Positions 11,470-24,860 of a DNA stretch of 64,000 bases are shown here, piece after piece. The notes under the pieces are model-generated. The model was not told where the DNA came from. It ran no database searches and was given only the letters and a program-made list of their open reading frames with translations. Position numbers and translations under genes: made by a program. The stretch is from Antedon mediterranea (taxonomy: Eukaryota; Animalia; Echinodermata). The DNA lies in NCBI RefSeq assembly GCF_964355755.1, contig NC_092677.1, positions 7,710,101 through 7,774,100 on the forward strand, read 5' to 3'. Numbering within the stretch: position 1 is the first letter of the stretch; every line of letters begins with the position of its first letter.

Positions 11470-14400
11470 TCTATATATAAATTTACGTAAGGGCAAAATT
11501 CGGTAAATCGCGCCTTACTTCTAGAATTTTTACTCGATGGTATATAAAGTTGGTTCGTACTTTCGGTACTGATTTTAACCACCTGATGTAACCCTGTTTA
11601 CTAATTAAACCGTGGTATACACTGTCTAATGGATGTCCATCTTGAAAAATACCCGCCACAAAAATGGGAGGAGGCTTCGCATTTTCCTATCTCCTCCTAC
11701 GATAATTGTTTTTAATAGCTGAAAACCGGTTGAACAGCTATAGTACACACTGATATTGATGGAAGATATATATTTCTTAATTTAATGATAAATGAAAAGG
11801 AATTGGACATTATAAATATTTATGCTCCTAATGAAAGCAAAAATAGAAGTGCATTCTTTAGGACCATACACAAATGTTACAATGACTTTGATGGAGGGAA
11901 GGGTAATTCTATCATTCTAGGTGGAGATCTGAATTGCATCATGAATAGTGACATTGACCAAAAAGGTAGCGCAAATAGGTCTGATAAATCTGTTTTTACG
12001 ATTAAAAACCTAATGAAAAATTTAAATTTAAATGATATTTGGAGATCCAAAAACATGAATAAGCGACAATTTACGTGGCGTAAGAGATTTAACAACATTT
12101 TCCGTAGGCTGGATTACTGGTTAATATCAGAAGATCTCTTTTCAAATGGAGATGTTTTAGCCTGTGACATTCGTCCAGCTATTCTCACAGATCACCAGGC
12201 GGTATCAATTAAAATAGATTTGCATGAAAAAAAACGCGGTCCTGGTTTATGGATGTTCAACAATAGCTTTCTGAAAGATGAAACATTTACAAAATTAGTA
12301 ATTAAAATAATTGATGTTTCAATACTAAAAAATAATAGAGAACCTGTAAGTGCAAGTTTGTTATGGGAGCTTGTAAAAACAAAAATAAAAGAATTTTCAA
12401 TTGCATACGGAAAACAAAAAAATAAAAACCAGAATAAAAAGAAAGAAAAATTACAAAAACAAATAAAAAACTTAAATGAAAAAATTATGAATACTCAAAA
12501 TTGTGATATAACCATTGAAAATAAAATTGAAAACAAAAAAATAGAGCTTGAAAACATTTATAATGTAGAAGCAAAAGGCGCGCAAATTAGGTCCAGAGTA
12601 AAATGGATAGAGGAAGGCGAGCGGAATACAAAATACTTTCTTGGGTTAGAAAGATCCAAAAGTAAAAAGAAACACATAAAAAGTTTAATTACTAAAGATG
12701 GGAGCTTAGCAACGAGCCCAATTGATATTTTAAAGGAACAAATACAACATTTCGAAGGTTTATACGCAAAAAATGTTATAAACCCTGGAAAAAATAATAA
12801 ATACCTTTGTAATTCTATTATAAACAAGCTTTCAGAAATAGAAAAAGAAAATTGTGAAGGTTACGTCACTATTGATGAATGTAAAAAGGCCATTTCAATG
12901 ATGGAAAAAAATAAAACACCTGGATCGGATGGTCTAAGTGTTGAATTGAATTCTTGCACATGTATTAAGTAACAGACTTAAAATGGTTATTAAATCAATA
13001 GTAAGTTCGGACCAAAAAGGTTATATAAAAGGCCGTTTCGCTGGTGAAAACATTCGGTTAATAGAAGACCTGCTTTATTATACAGACTGTAATGATATCG
13101 AAGGGGCAATAATTACCGTAGATTTTAAGAAGGCTTTTGACTCTATTAGTAGATTTTATGTTCAATGTTCTAGAAAAGTTTAACTTTGGAATGTTCTTTT
13201 GTAACTGGGTAAAAGTATTATACAATAACGTTGAATGTGTCACAGTTAACAATGGTTGGGTTTCAAACAATTTTAAAATGGAAAGAGGTATTAGACAAGG
13301 TTGTCCTCTATCTGCTCTGTTATTCATTTTAGTGGTTGAAGTAATGGCATCTTTGTATGTTGGTAATGACAAAAGTATTAAGTCACTAAATAAAAAAAAA
13401 ACCAATGCTTTTTGGATTGGTAAATGGAAGAACAGAATAGATAGACCTTTAGAATTAAATTGGGTAAAACACCCGATCAAAATTTTAGGCATATATGTAG
13501 GGTATAATACAGAAGAATGTACCAGAAAAAACTGGGATGTTAAATTAATAGAGCTAGAAAAGACTTTAAAACAATGGAATGCTAGAAATCTCTCAATTTT
13601 TGGTAGAATAATAATCCTGAAAAGTCTTGCACTATCTAAATTAACATATGCTGCAAATATCACTGATGTTCCAAAATATGTATATACACAAGTTACAAAT
13701 CTAATATATAATTTTATTTGGAACAATAAAAGGGAAAAGATAAAAAGAAAAACTCTAATTGGTGATGTTGAGATGGGAGGCATTAAAATGCCTGATTTTA
13801 CTCTTCATGTTAACGCACTCATGTGTGGCTGGTTAAAAAGAATTATGAATGATGACGGTGCTAAATGGAAAAATATTCCAATGTATTATATTTAAAAAAT
13901 ATGTGATGTTAATGTTTTACTTAATATGTCATGTTATAACATTATTGATGTTAATTCTGATAAAATTCCACTGTTTTACAAAAATATGATAAAAGCCTAC
14001 ATAAATTATAACAGAATCTCTAAAAAAAAACCTGAAACTTATAACGATATAATGAATGATCAACTGTGGGGAAACCACTACGTTACACTAAAAAAAAAAA
14101 CGCTTTTCTACAAGCATTGGATTGACAGTGGCATTATCAGTATTAAAGACATTGTTAATAAGAACACTTTTTTAACATCAAACGAAATACTGGTGAAACT
14201 ACAATGTAAAACAAACTGGTTAAATGAGTATTTGTGCATTATTAAGGCAATACCAATTCAATGGAAACGTATTATTAAGGAGGTAGATATTTTCAATTGT
14301 GATGATAATGATGAATTAGTTGGGACCAAGTATGAGATTAATACTACCAAACTAATATACTCATGGTTTGTGAAAGAATATTTCATTATTCCAATGTCAC

Positions 14401-17400
14401 AACTAAAATGGGAAGAGTACTTCAATGATAACAACATTGATTGGAAAACTTCTTGGTTACGGAAAGTATGTAAAATGAAAGATAAGAAACTAGCACAATT
14501 CAATTATAAGATGTTACATAGAATACTGCCTACCAACAAACGGCTGTATCAGTGGAAAGTTAAGGAAACACAAACGTGTGACAAATGTGGAGAAATTGAA
14601 AATGAAAATCATTTGTTTTTTAGTTGTAGATTTATTCAGAAATATTGGAGGAAAATGCTTAGTATCTTTGTAAGTTTAAATCACAATAATATATCATTTA
14701 AACAATTAATACTAGGAACGGGAGATAAGCTAATAGATTATATTTACACTTTTGCAGCATTTACTATTTATAGAATAAAAATGTTATCTGCACTAAATAA
14801 GCCAGTGGGTAAATCTTTATGGAATTCATTTAAAAGCAATATGTTATATAACATTGAATGTGAAACATATAACAATAAAGAAACAAGTATAGAAAAATGG
14901 GTAGCTTTAAGAAATAAGATTATGATAATATAATTTCTAATTTGATACGATTAACCGAAAAGGAATTACAGTGATACGGGTTACGGGTGGTACTGAGCTA
15001 TTATTGTTTTTTTTTATCATGTATATAAATATATTGTATAATCCGGGTTGTAAAATGAAAACAAACAAATGAAAATGTGTGAACTATTTTAAAACGGGAT
15101 AGATGATAATGATGATCCTGTCAAGTGTATAACAAAATATAAGAAAATTAATGAAAAAAAGGAGTAATACAGAATTCATATATGTAAAAATGTTACTTAT
15201 GAACTGTAACGACATTTACAAGTTAAATAATACGATTTTATGTAATATGAGATAATATGAATGTGAATAAAAGTGGTGTTTGCGCCACAAAAGAGAAAAA
15301 AAAAAAGCTATAGTACACCATCATAATGTTGAAGACAGGCCGATTTTCTTTAAAAAATACTATTTTGATAGATTTAATATACGATTATACAAATCTATTG
15401 ATTTGCGATGAATGGAACATCCCAATCTCTCAGTCTGCCAGAGTTTGGTTTAACAAAAGTACTGTAGGTAAATTTATGAGCCTTTTGTTTAACACATACG
15501 GTAGGTAAATATAGGCCCTTTGAGAATAAACTTGCGAGATTGTGGATAGGCTCCACTGTTAGATATATAAACACATTATTATATACAAATAAACTTTATA
15601 CTGACAGTTCTTTCTCAACGTTTGTATTAATTAATAATTACCAAATATAAACGTCGTAGTGGTGTATCGTGACATGGTACTTTAATATTTCAATCGATTA
15701 TGACAGTGACAGTTTTAACTAAACTAAATAAAGAATGTTCTCTAATATAATTAGGAATCTCTTGCCATACACGGGGAAAATTAGTGTACAATGAATATTT
15801 AAAAGAAATAATATATAAATAAATAAAATTAAAAAAGTATTAAATCGCAAATGTTTTACTGTATTTAGAGGTATATTATTTATAGGCCTATAAAACATGA
15901 AAAAAATATTTCGTTACTGAGTGGATAAAGAATATATTTAAAAATTGTTCCTCTTTGTACCTATCCGCTTTCCCATCCCTCAACCTAATGTTACATACAA
16001 AACACAAATTGGGTTTCTTTAAATGAGTCCAAATCAAAAACTTGGACTCATTTTGTGATAAGTTTCTCCTTCGGAAGTAATTCCCAGGGTGCTAATTTTA
16101 GTTGACTACATAAATCATCGTGTCTATTTATTCGTTTCTGTAAACGACAATGTATTAGTCCTGCGGTACGTACATTTGAAATCGCCAGTTTTGTTACGCT
16201 GAAATTACTGTGTATTCGAGAACCATCTAGTATATATAAATTTACGTAAGGGCAAAAATCGGTAAATCGCGCGTTATTTCTAAAATGTTTACTCGATGGT
16301 ATATAAAGTTGGTTTATGCTTTTGGTACTGATTTTAACCACCTGATGTAACCCTGTTTACTAATTAAATTGAGTTCGATAATTAGTTATTGACGATTAAA
16401 ACGAATTTAGGTTCAACGATTTGCCCCAAATAGGGGTGTTTTCCGATCGTGGTATACACTGTCTAATGGATGTCAATTTGAAAAATACCCGCATACAATA
16501 ATACGAGGACACTTCGCATTTTCCTATCTCCTCCTACGATAATTGTTTTTAATAGCTGAAAACCGGTTGAAAAGTTCGAGTACAGCATCATAATGTTGAA
16601 GACAGGCCGATTTTCCTTAAAAAATGCTATTTTGATACAGTTAATATAGGTTTATACAAATGTATTGATTTGCGATGATTGGAACATCCCAATCTCTCAG
16701 TCTGCCAGAGTTTGGTGAGTAGGTAAATTTATGAGCCCTTGGTTTAACACATACGGTAGGTAAATATATGGGCCCTTTGAGAATAAACTTGCAATACTTT
16801 GACAATACTGTAAATACCTATTAACTATTGTTGGTCCTCATTTGAATCGAACATTTCTTACTGTGAATGTTCGTACTGTAAGATGTAATATAAAAATATA
16901 TACAAATAAACTTTATTACTGAGATTGTGGATAGGCTCTACTGTTAGATATATAAACACATTATTATATACAAATAAACTTTATACTGACAGTTCTTTCT
17001 CAACGTTTGTATTAATTAATAATTACCAAAAATGTAAACGTCGAAGTGGTGTATCGTGACATGTACTTTAATATTTCAATCAATTATGACAGTGACAGTT
17101 TTAACAAAGTATTAAATCGCAAATGTTTTACTGTATTTAGAGGTATATTATTTATATTATAGGCCTATAAAACATGAAAAAAATATTTCGTTACTGAGTG
17201 GATAAAGAATATATTTAAAAATTGTTCCTCTTTGTACCTATCCGCTTTCCCATCCCTCAACCCTAATGTTACATACAAAACACAAATTGGGTTTCTTTAA
17301 ATGAGTCCAAATCAAAAATGTGGACTCATTTTGTGATAAGTTTCTCCTTCGGAAGTAATTCCCAGGGTGCTAATTTTAGTTGACTACATAAATCATCGTG

Positions 17401-17652
17401 TCTAATTTATTCGTTTCTGTAAACGACAATATATTATAGTCCTGCGGTACGTAGCCTACATTTGAAATCGCCAGTTTTGTTACGCTGAAATTACTGTGTA
17501 TTCGAGAACCATCTGTGGGCACGACCTAGATGGTACGCTAGATGGTACGTAAGGGCAAAAATCGGTAAATCGCGCGTTATTTCTAAAATGTTTACTCGAT
17601 GGTATATAAAGTTGGTTTATGCTTTTGGTACTGATTTTAACCACCTGATGTA
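11470..17652 (+). mobile_element. Tandem ~1.2-1.3 kb units, probably a non-autonomous Helitron (unit 1 11470-16230 with LINE inside, unit 2 16231-17541, partial unit 3)
   Basis: Starts A|TCTATATATAAA like the Helitron at 42008. Unit 2 ends with hairpin accatct...agatggt then acgCTAG (17508-17541). Units align along their length. Confidence 0.55.
11749..15305 (+). mobile_element. 5'-truncated Tx1/L1-clade LINE (APE endonuclease, RT, CCHC finger), inactivated
   Basis: NIYAPN, GGDLN, RLDYWLIS, TDH (endonuclease); KTPGSDGL, DFKKAFDS, RGIRQGCPLSALLF (RT); CDKCGEIENENHLFFSC. AATAAA plus poly(A). 13-bp TSD agctatagtacac at 11736-11748 and 15306-15318. Confidence 0.92.
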
Positions 17653-18351
17653 ATTATTGTTGTAGAAGTGGGTATAGCGCCCGCTGTTGAGCGTAGTTTG
17701 TTCAGAATGAATAACGGCCAAAAAGATGTTTTGTTGTACTATTCTTTTATTTATTATTTTCTAAAATGATAACACAACAAATTAATTTCATATAGTTACA
17801 AATTTCACATTAAATGCATTTTCCATATTAGGTATAATTATGTAAGTCTAATATTTGTTGATTAAGTTAATACGCTTAAAGTTAATTTTCATCAACAAAA
17901 TAATAGTTATAATTAAATGTATTCAATGAATAATCGGGAGTTGTTTAATATGGTATAAAAAATGTCTGCTCCACATAAATAAGGTATTAAAAGGTACTCG
18001 GATTCTATAGTTAATCTGCTTCTAATATAATTCTATATTTTATAGAATATATATAATTTTATTTTACATTATGGAATATCGCTTTCTATTGGTTAAATTA
18101 CAGAAAAATTAACCAATAGAATTTAATTTTACAAAATGTTCTTCAATGCAGAATGCAAATTTGTTATATGAACTTTGACCAAACAGCGTGTGTATAATCG
18201 ACGCCATTTTGACAAATTGTGATTTACGTAGTTGTGTTTTTAAAACGCGTTTTACAATCTAAATTTATCGTCTCGAGGCGCTAAACCGAAATAAACAGAA
18301 AAATAAAAGAGAAAGACAAATACAGGAATTCATTTGAATTTATATTGTAAA

Positions 18352-20255
18352 ATGTGGTAAGTATTAGGCCTATTATTATTATTTTATATTTATCACCCAC
18401 GTCCAGAGGGTGTGTGACCGAAACGGCCGCCGACTGTTTATACATACCGAATTACACCTTTCATTGTAAGAATCTTATATATACATATAAATAAACGTTA
18501 AATGTTCAACTAACAAAAAATATGTTGTTGAGGACGACTTTATTAACATTTGAATGCTCTGCTTTATTTTAACCTCTTTAACATACATTTCAGCACAACC
18601 CTTCTTCGAATCAGTGTAACCACAATAGGTAGGCCTAAGCCTAATATTTTATATATTTTAGTTGACTACTGACTGTCAAATATAGGCCTAACTGTTAAAA
18701 TAAGTTGTCTCATCATGCGAGTGCGTTACAAATGTTATTATTTATTTCTTTATAATGTTTGATTTGGTTTATAGTAAAACTATGATAACATTAATACACA
18801 TGCTAACATTTTAATTAAAAGTATTAATCATTAGGATTATTTTTGGCCACTTCGGAGGTCATATCTTTCAGTTATTGTACAGTAGTTATAAGATGATTAT
18901 GGGGTAAACAAAGATGAGTTAAAATGATTATATCTAGCCTATGTTGGAATTCATTAGAGATGGTAATATTTTTTACATTTCAGTTATATATACTGTGGTT
19001 GGCAACTTATTGATGAACTTCTGCCAATATGAAGATGTTATTCTAGATTGTAGTCGCAATCTGTCAGTAATCTCTGTCATATGGTTTGTAGAAGGCAAAC
19101 CAGTTTCGGCATTTACGTTAAAGACATTAGGCCTACAGCACAGAAACAAATATGAATCAAAATACAGAATACAGTCGGACAATTCCTTGAAAATTCTGAA
19201 CATTTCTAAAACGACAGAATGCACATGTTCAGTAATTACCACAACTAATATCTTAGAAAATGTTGAATGGACAACAAGAGAATATGGCAAGTACATGGTT
19301 TTGATTTCTTCGTTTCATTTAGGCCTCCAATTCCCAGCAGGAGCATGGAGCTGTGAAACGTGAAGCAGAGTACAATAAGATGTTAAAAAGCAGCTAGTTC
19401 CCTTAGCAATATTAATAATATAATCATTTTATTTATATTTTAAGAAATATATTTTAAGAATTCCAAGTGCAGTCATGAAGTTACAGTAAGGATGAACATA
19501 TCAGTAGATTATTGGTTTTTTTTAAAACTATCAATCGAAGTATTGATTTTTTTTTGGCATTTGAAATGGAACTAAAATGGGGTAAATACAATAAAAACAA
19601 AAACAAAAATGGTGTAATTATATTTAATACTGGATAATCTTTAAATTGTAGGTAAACCAATATTATCCGCTATGCATGGATGCAATAAGACATGCTTTGT
19701 ACCAGGAAACACCACTCAGTTATCATGCAGTGTCAGCAACCTTGCCCATGAAAGAGATGTACATATCAGCTGGACATCAACATATGTTGATTATGAAAAT
19801 TATATTGAGAAAATCACATACGAAGAAGGTTTATTTACATCAACCATTTACGCCAAAGAAGGAACAGAGCTAGTTTTTGGAAATCATACTACTACGTGTG
19901 TGCTTTCTGGTAAAGCCACGTGCGGCCACAGTCAATCAATTTTGTACAAAGCCGATGAAGGTATGTTGTCTTTCTAATGGACATTTTGTATTTCTGTTTT
20001 ATTAATACAATAAATTGTTCCAGCATTGAAAACACTTTATTTGTCGTAGGTTTACCCCTTGAAAACAACGGCCAGTCACACACGTATCATAAAATGTTAC
20101 CACTTATTTGGATTTGCTTAATGGTAAGATTGTTTTTAATAATTCAATTACTGGACAAGAAAAGCAAACATCTAGTCATAATAACTATTTTATAAATGAA
20201 ACGTTGCAGCTAATCATGATTATATATTTCTTTTCAATTTCAGATTGCTTTTTGA
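18352..20255 (+). CDS. Two-Ig-domain protein (~245 aa) with signal peptide and GPI-anchor-like C-terminus
   Basis: Exons 18352-18356, 18594-18628, 18984-19286, 19652-19960, 20050-20123, 20244-20255 splice in frame (738 nt; one GC donor). MCTTLLRISVTTIVIYTVVG; Ig1 VILDC..VIWFV..SLKI..TCSV; Ig2 QLSCSV..ISWT..TTCVL; tail NNGQSHTYHKMLPLIWICLMIAF*. Confidence 0.8.
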
Positions 20256-22436
20256 TTACATAAATTTACTCAGCGGTGTTACCTAGTATTATAAAATGAT
20301 ACTAAGGGAAAATCCAAAAATGCAAGCAGTTTTCCTAATCAAGAATTTAACTCTTATCATGTCACCTTGCAATAATGTGTCAAAGACTTCATAATGTCTA
20401 ATTATCTCGTTTTGTACGTTTTATATGATCATTTTGTAGACATTAAATATATAAATAATTAAAAAATGAGTCTAATTGTTTATGAAACGATTTACAAATT
20501 AAGTTTCTATCTTGGTGCTAAAAAATAACCCCACTTTAATTTACTGTATAATACTAGTAACCTACTACATTTATATTGCCAGACCCTATTATCTGATATT
20601 AATTGTATCGAAATGTATCTTCCAGTAGTATTTACGTATTTATAAGCCTACTTGTAAATTTTTGATTTGACCTTTTGCTCTGCTTCGATTTTTGTTTAGA
20701 ATATTAATACAGTAGCTGTCACTGATACTTTGTTGTCTTGCTTGGAAAGGAGTGTTAACTACCGTCAAATGTTTGTTATATATATATATATACTTTCATT
20801 GAAAGATATTGCAATTTGTATTCGAGGCAGTCAAGTTGTCTACAGAATCGTTAGACCATGTACAATAATGTATGTCAATAAACATCTTTTCAATATTCGG
20901 TAACTAGGTAACAAACAAAGAGTATTGTCGAGATCAATGGCTTTGAACTCATGATAGTTTTTATAGCACTTCAAGATGGCTACAACCTTACTTTCCTCAC
21001 ATCCGTTTTAATAGGGTACACTTAAAAACAAATTGCGAAGCAGTGAGGCATTGTCGTACTATTCTCAAAAGTATGAAGCATGCAAGATGATATACATTGA
21101 TTTAATTATTTTGGCAATGTATATTTTCATTTGTCCTGTTAAAGTCGTCAAAATCTTAAGAATGATATGTTGTTCTTATATCTAAAATTGGAATAAAAAG
21201 ATCTATTACGAAATTGCTATTACAGTATTACATCTATTATGGTGCTTGTCCAATCATGGTAATGTTTGATTAGTTTAATACTATAATATATAGTATTTAG
21301 TGAATATATTCACAAAAGAAGCATGTATTCACTTCAGACCCCAAATATTGCTGTAAATCACCGTTTTTAGTTCCTCTACACAACTATACCCTTTCTCCAG
21401 AAATATTTAAAATCATATCGACATTATATACATACACATCAGGAAATCTTTCAATATCACAAGTTGTTATCACAAATTCCTTTGCTGTTATTGATTTATG
21501 ATTATGGTAATAATTAATAAGTACTGTTTTAGGCCTACTCAGTTTCTTTTATCAAACACATCGAGGGTATCGACATTTGCTATAGGCCTACAGAAGACTA
21601 CTCGTTACGTCACTGTTCGCCACAAAAGTCGAAAGCTTCCTGTTTCCTGACAACGAAAGCACCAACTCTGAAACTACGATTATTCTTGAAATTAATAATT
21701 GCAAGATCCAATTTGTTGGCTAAGAAGCCATGCTGGTTGACTTAGCAACATTGATTCTCACCAATTTGAAAATTTATAAAAATTAATATTTCATCATACA
21801 CAATACAGTAATAAGACAGAAGAAATATCATGTTAAATGTTGCAGATCATTTTGATTTTTTTTTATTATTGTGGCTGATCAAATGTTTCTTTTTCCTGCT
21901 GCCAAATTGTATGAATGTATGATTCTTATTATATTTGTATGTATGCATTGAATAAAATAAACAACTGAAATGTTACTCTGGATTGTAATATCATACCCAC
22001 TCTATCTCCTTTAAATCACCCATTTTTGTTGTTAAAATACACTCTTTAAAATTGAACCAATAGAGCGTTAACACAGAAATACATAGGCCTACATGCTTGA
22101 TCAAATTCTTGAAAACAAAATCTTGTGCACCTTTTGTGAACATTGTTTTCATGTATCTTGGTAACAATTGTATTGCTAACGGGAAAAATTGATTGATATC
22201 ATAATATATCGACTGTTTAATGTTTCCATATAGCATTAGTCTACCCGTTCACTTTGCGTATTTTAATCACATTTTTCATTTTGCATCCGGTCATTCAGCG
22301 TTAAAACATTCTTTACAACTACTTATTATTTGAAGTTGAATGTAATACCATTTGGTGAGGATAACGTATCTAGTGGCAGAGTAAGTACATTTATTTTTGA
22401 ATTACAATTTTCATTTTGTTACATGAAGGAAAAGTT

Positions 22437-22560
22437 AACAAGGCCATATACATGGCTGCAGTCGTGTGCTCAAATTTGAGTTAGTGTTTACCAATCGACA
22501 AACCGACCAACCGACCGACTAATCATCCGACCAACCAACCGACATAGTGAGCTGTAGAGT
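22437..22560. mobile_element. Short Helentron-associated-type element with (ACCG/ACCA)n tract; second copy 23137-23220
   Basis: Both copies read acaaggccatatac...ttagtgtttacc(gacc)n gacatagtgagctgtagagt. Confidence 0.5.
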
Positions 22561-22704
22561 AGAGTAAAAATACTACAGTGGATGCTGCAATTTGCTTTAA
22601 AGGAGAAGGTGTTAGATGAAAAAGGAAATCTTATAGATTATCAGAAGAGATGGCAAGAGGAGAAAACCAAGGGCTGAAAAGAGAAAGCCCTACATGTAGA
22701 TTCT

Positions 22705-23133
22705 TGATAATATTATTAAAGAAAGGTTGTAAAACAGAAATCGTGCAAAAAGAGTGCATATTAAGGTTTAACGCAGAGTGCGCGTGGAAAAAACTGCGCA
22801 CTCATGGCAATTTTTTAAACGCTTAAAATTGCCTGAAACGTACTCTAATTTCATCGAAAATAAATGTTGACAATTTTAAGCGCGAGTACGCATGCGTTAT
22901 ATGCGCTACGCACGTAATTGTATTGCCATATGATGAAATATGACCTGAAATTTATGTACCAAATTTTATTTAATTGTGATTTATGCTTGTGAAGATATGG
23001 TTACAAACGTGATTTCGTTAAATCGTGGGCAGGCCGCGTAATTTTTGATTGCGCACCGTAAAAACATAACCACATCGATTCCTGGCCATAAGGAATATAC
23101 TGTAAAAAATTGACTTAGCTAGATGAAACTGAT
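22705..23133 (-). mobile_element. Internal fragment of Helentron family A
   Basis: Same + strand orientation and high similarity to ~2985-3423. Confidence 0.8.
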
Positions 23134-24860
23134 CAAGACAAGGCCATATACAATTTAGTGTTTACCGACCGACCGACCGACCGACCAACCGACCGACATA
23201 GTGAGCTGTAGAGTCGCGTTGTCAACAAACTTTCAGAAGGTAATGCCAGCGATGTTTTTGTTGACAACGGCCACCTGATGTTCTGTGACTTGCGCCCTCT
23301 ATTCTTGTTACTTGAGCACCTTGATACCCAGAGAGGGTTCTCAGCATAATTAAAAACAAAGCTCTTACACAAAAAACAACAAAATATCAATAATACACCA
23401 CGAAAAACACCCAAAATATGTAGTTTGGTATTTTATACTTTCGTTAATGCATTATCTAATTCCGATTATCACCATCATGTGCTTTTTGTGTGTTGATTTC
23501 AAGTCCATAAACAGCTTTAGTTTGATTATTCTAATACTGCACATCTTATTTCTATAAATTACCGAATTCATATTTGATCATTGAAATGTTTTAAAACTGC
23601 CGACTGAGTTCAACGTGCATCTTTTTCATTTACTTCTTGCTATTCGATGTACCTGCACGTTGTCACTTTCTTATGCCCGAATATTCACACAACACAATAT
23701 TTCTTTAGCGTCTTTTATTTTCGTAAAGTCTTAACACAATAACATTCCATATTCAGTATTGCTTTAATTTTTTAGTTTACAGATATTTTTATATTATTTA
23801 TGAAATACTCTGTCTAGGCCTATAACAAAATCAATGGCCTTAAATAGTTCCGAATGTTATTCTTGACCATTTAAAAAAAAAAAAATATTGTCAGAGTACT
23901 CATTCCATGCGAATTAGTATTAAGGCAGATAAAAACCATGCAGGGCACGGGTTACTTCTAGTGTTTTTCCATATACCCACTTTCTTACCGCTATAATGAT
24001 TTCTTGCGCGAATATTATTCAATTACTATTGTATCTTAAAGGAACTAAAGCAACCAAAGAAAGACAACTTAGTTGATAATTAATCTTTATTTGCTCAAAT
24101 GTTGAATTTTATAATACAATATAGCTATAAGCTTCGTTTGTGCCAGTTGTTTATTGATATCTAGGTAACAAATGATATTATCTAAACGAAATCAGATAAC
24201 AGCTTTACATAGCAATAAAAGTGTACGGTACGGCAAAGGAATAGAGTCCATTGCTCATAAGCGTACACTAAAAGTGTTGCATATTATTATTAATCTTTCA
24301 ATGAATATGCATTTGAAACAATAAAACTAATCACATTATTATTGATTTTCTGCATCACATAACATGTATTATGAATACAAACCTATCAATTTTTAGTTAA
24401 AATAACTGTATAAGGTTAATGTCTGTGCATATTTTTGCTGTTCCCCTTTTTTTACTTAAGGTTGAGACTTGTATTGAGATTCATTCACCACTGTTACACA
24501 AATTATTGTTGTTTTGTTTAGTAATTTACTTTTATAGTTGTTATATATTCTACGGTATAACAGTGTAATAGTATTAAGCCTTATGGAAATATTATTACCA
24601 AAACAAATATAGAAAGTAAAATTAGCAAACTAGGCCGAACTTCGATTGGCCTTGAAACTGACAGACTCAGGTCCGTGGTCACAACATGTCAGGGAAGAGT
24701 AGGCCTAGTGAAATTGTGTAATCTTGAACTAAGATTGAAAGCTTTCTTAAATACCGTCATTTCAAACAGCATTGTATACGAAAGTATATATGTTATTACA
24801 TGTTTAATACAATCTAATCTAATTCATTGTACGTACCGTATATGGTTTGAAACAATATTT

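Noticed and set aside
11877-14503. Minus-strand ORFs up to 241 aa
   Set aside because: Antisense shadows of the LINE ORF2.
18202-18210. YY1-like CGCCATTTT upstream of gene 1
   Set aside because: Short motif that also occurs in local repeats; no independent support.
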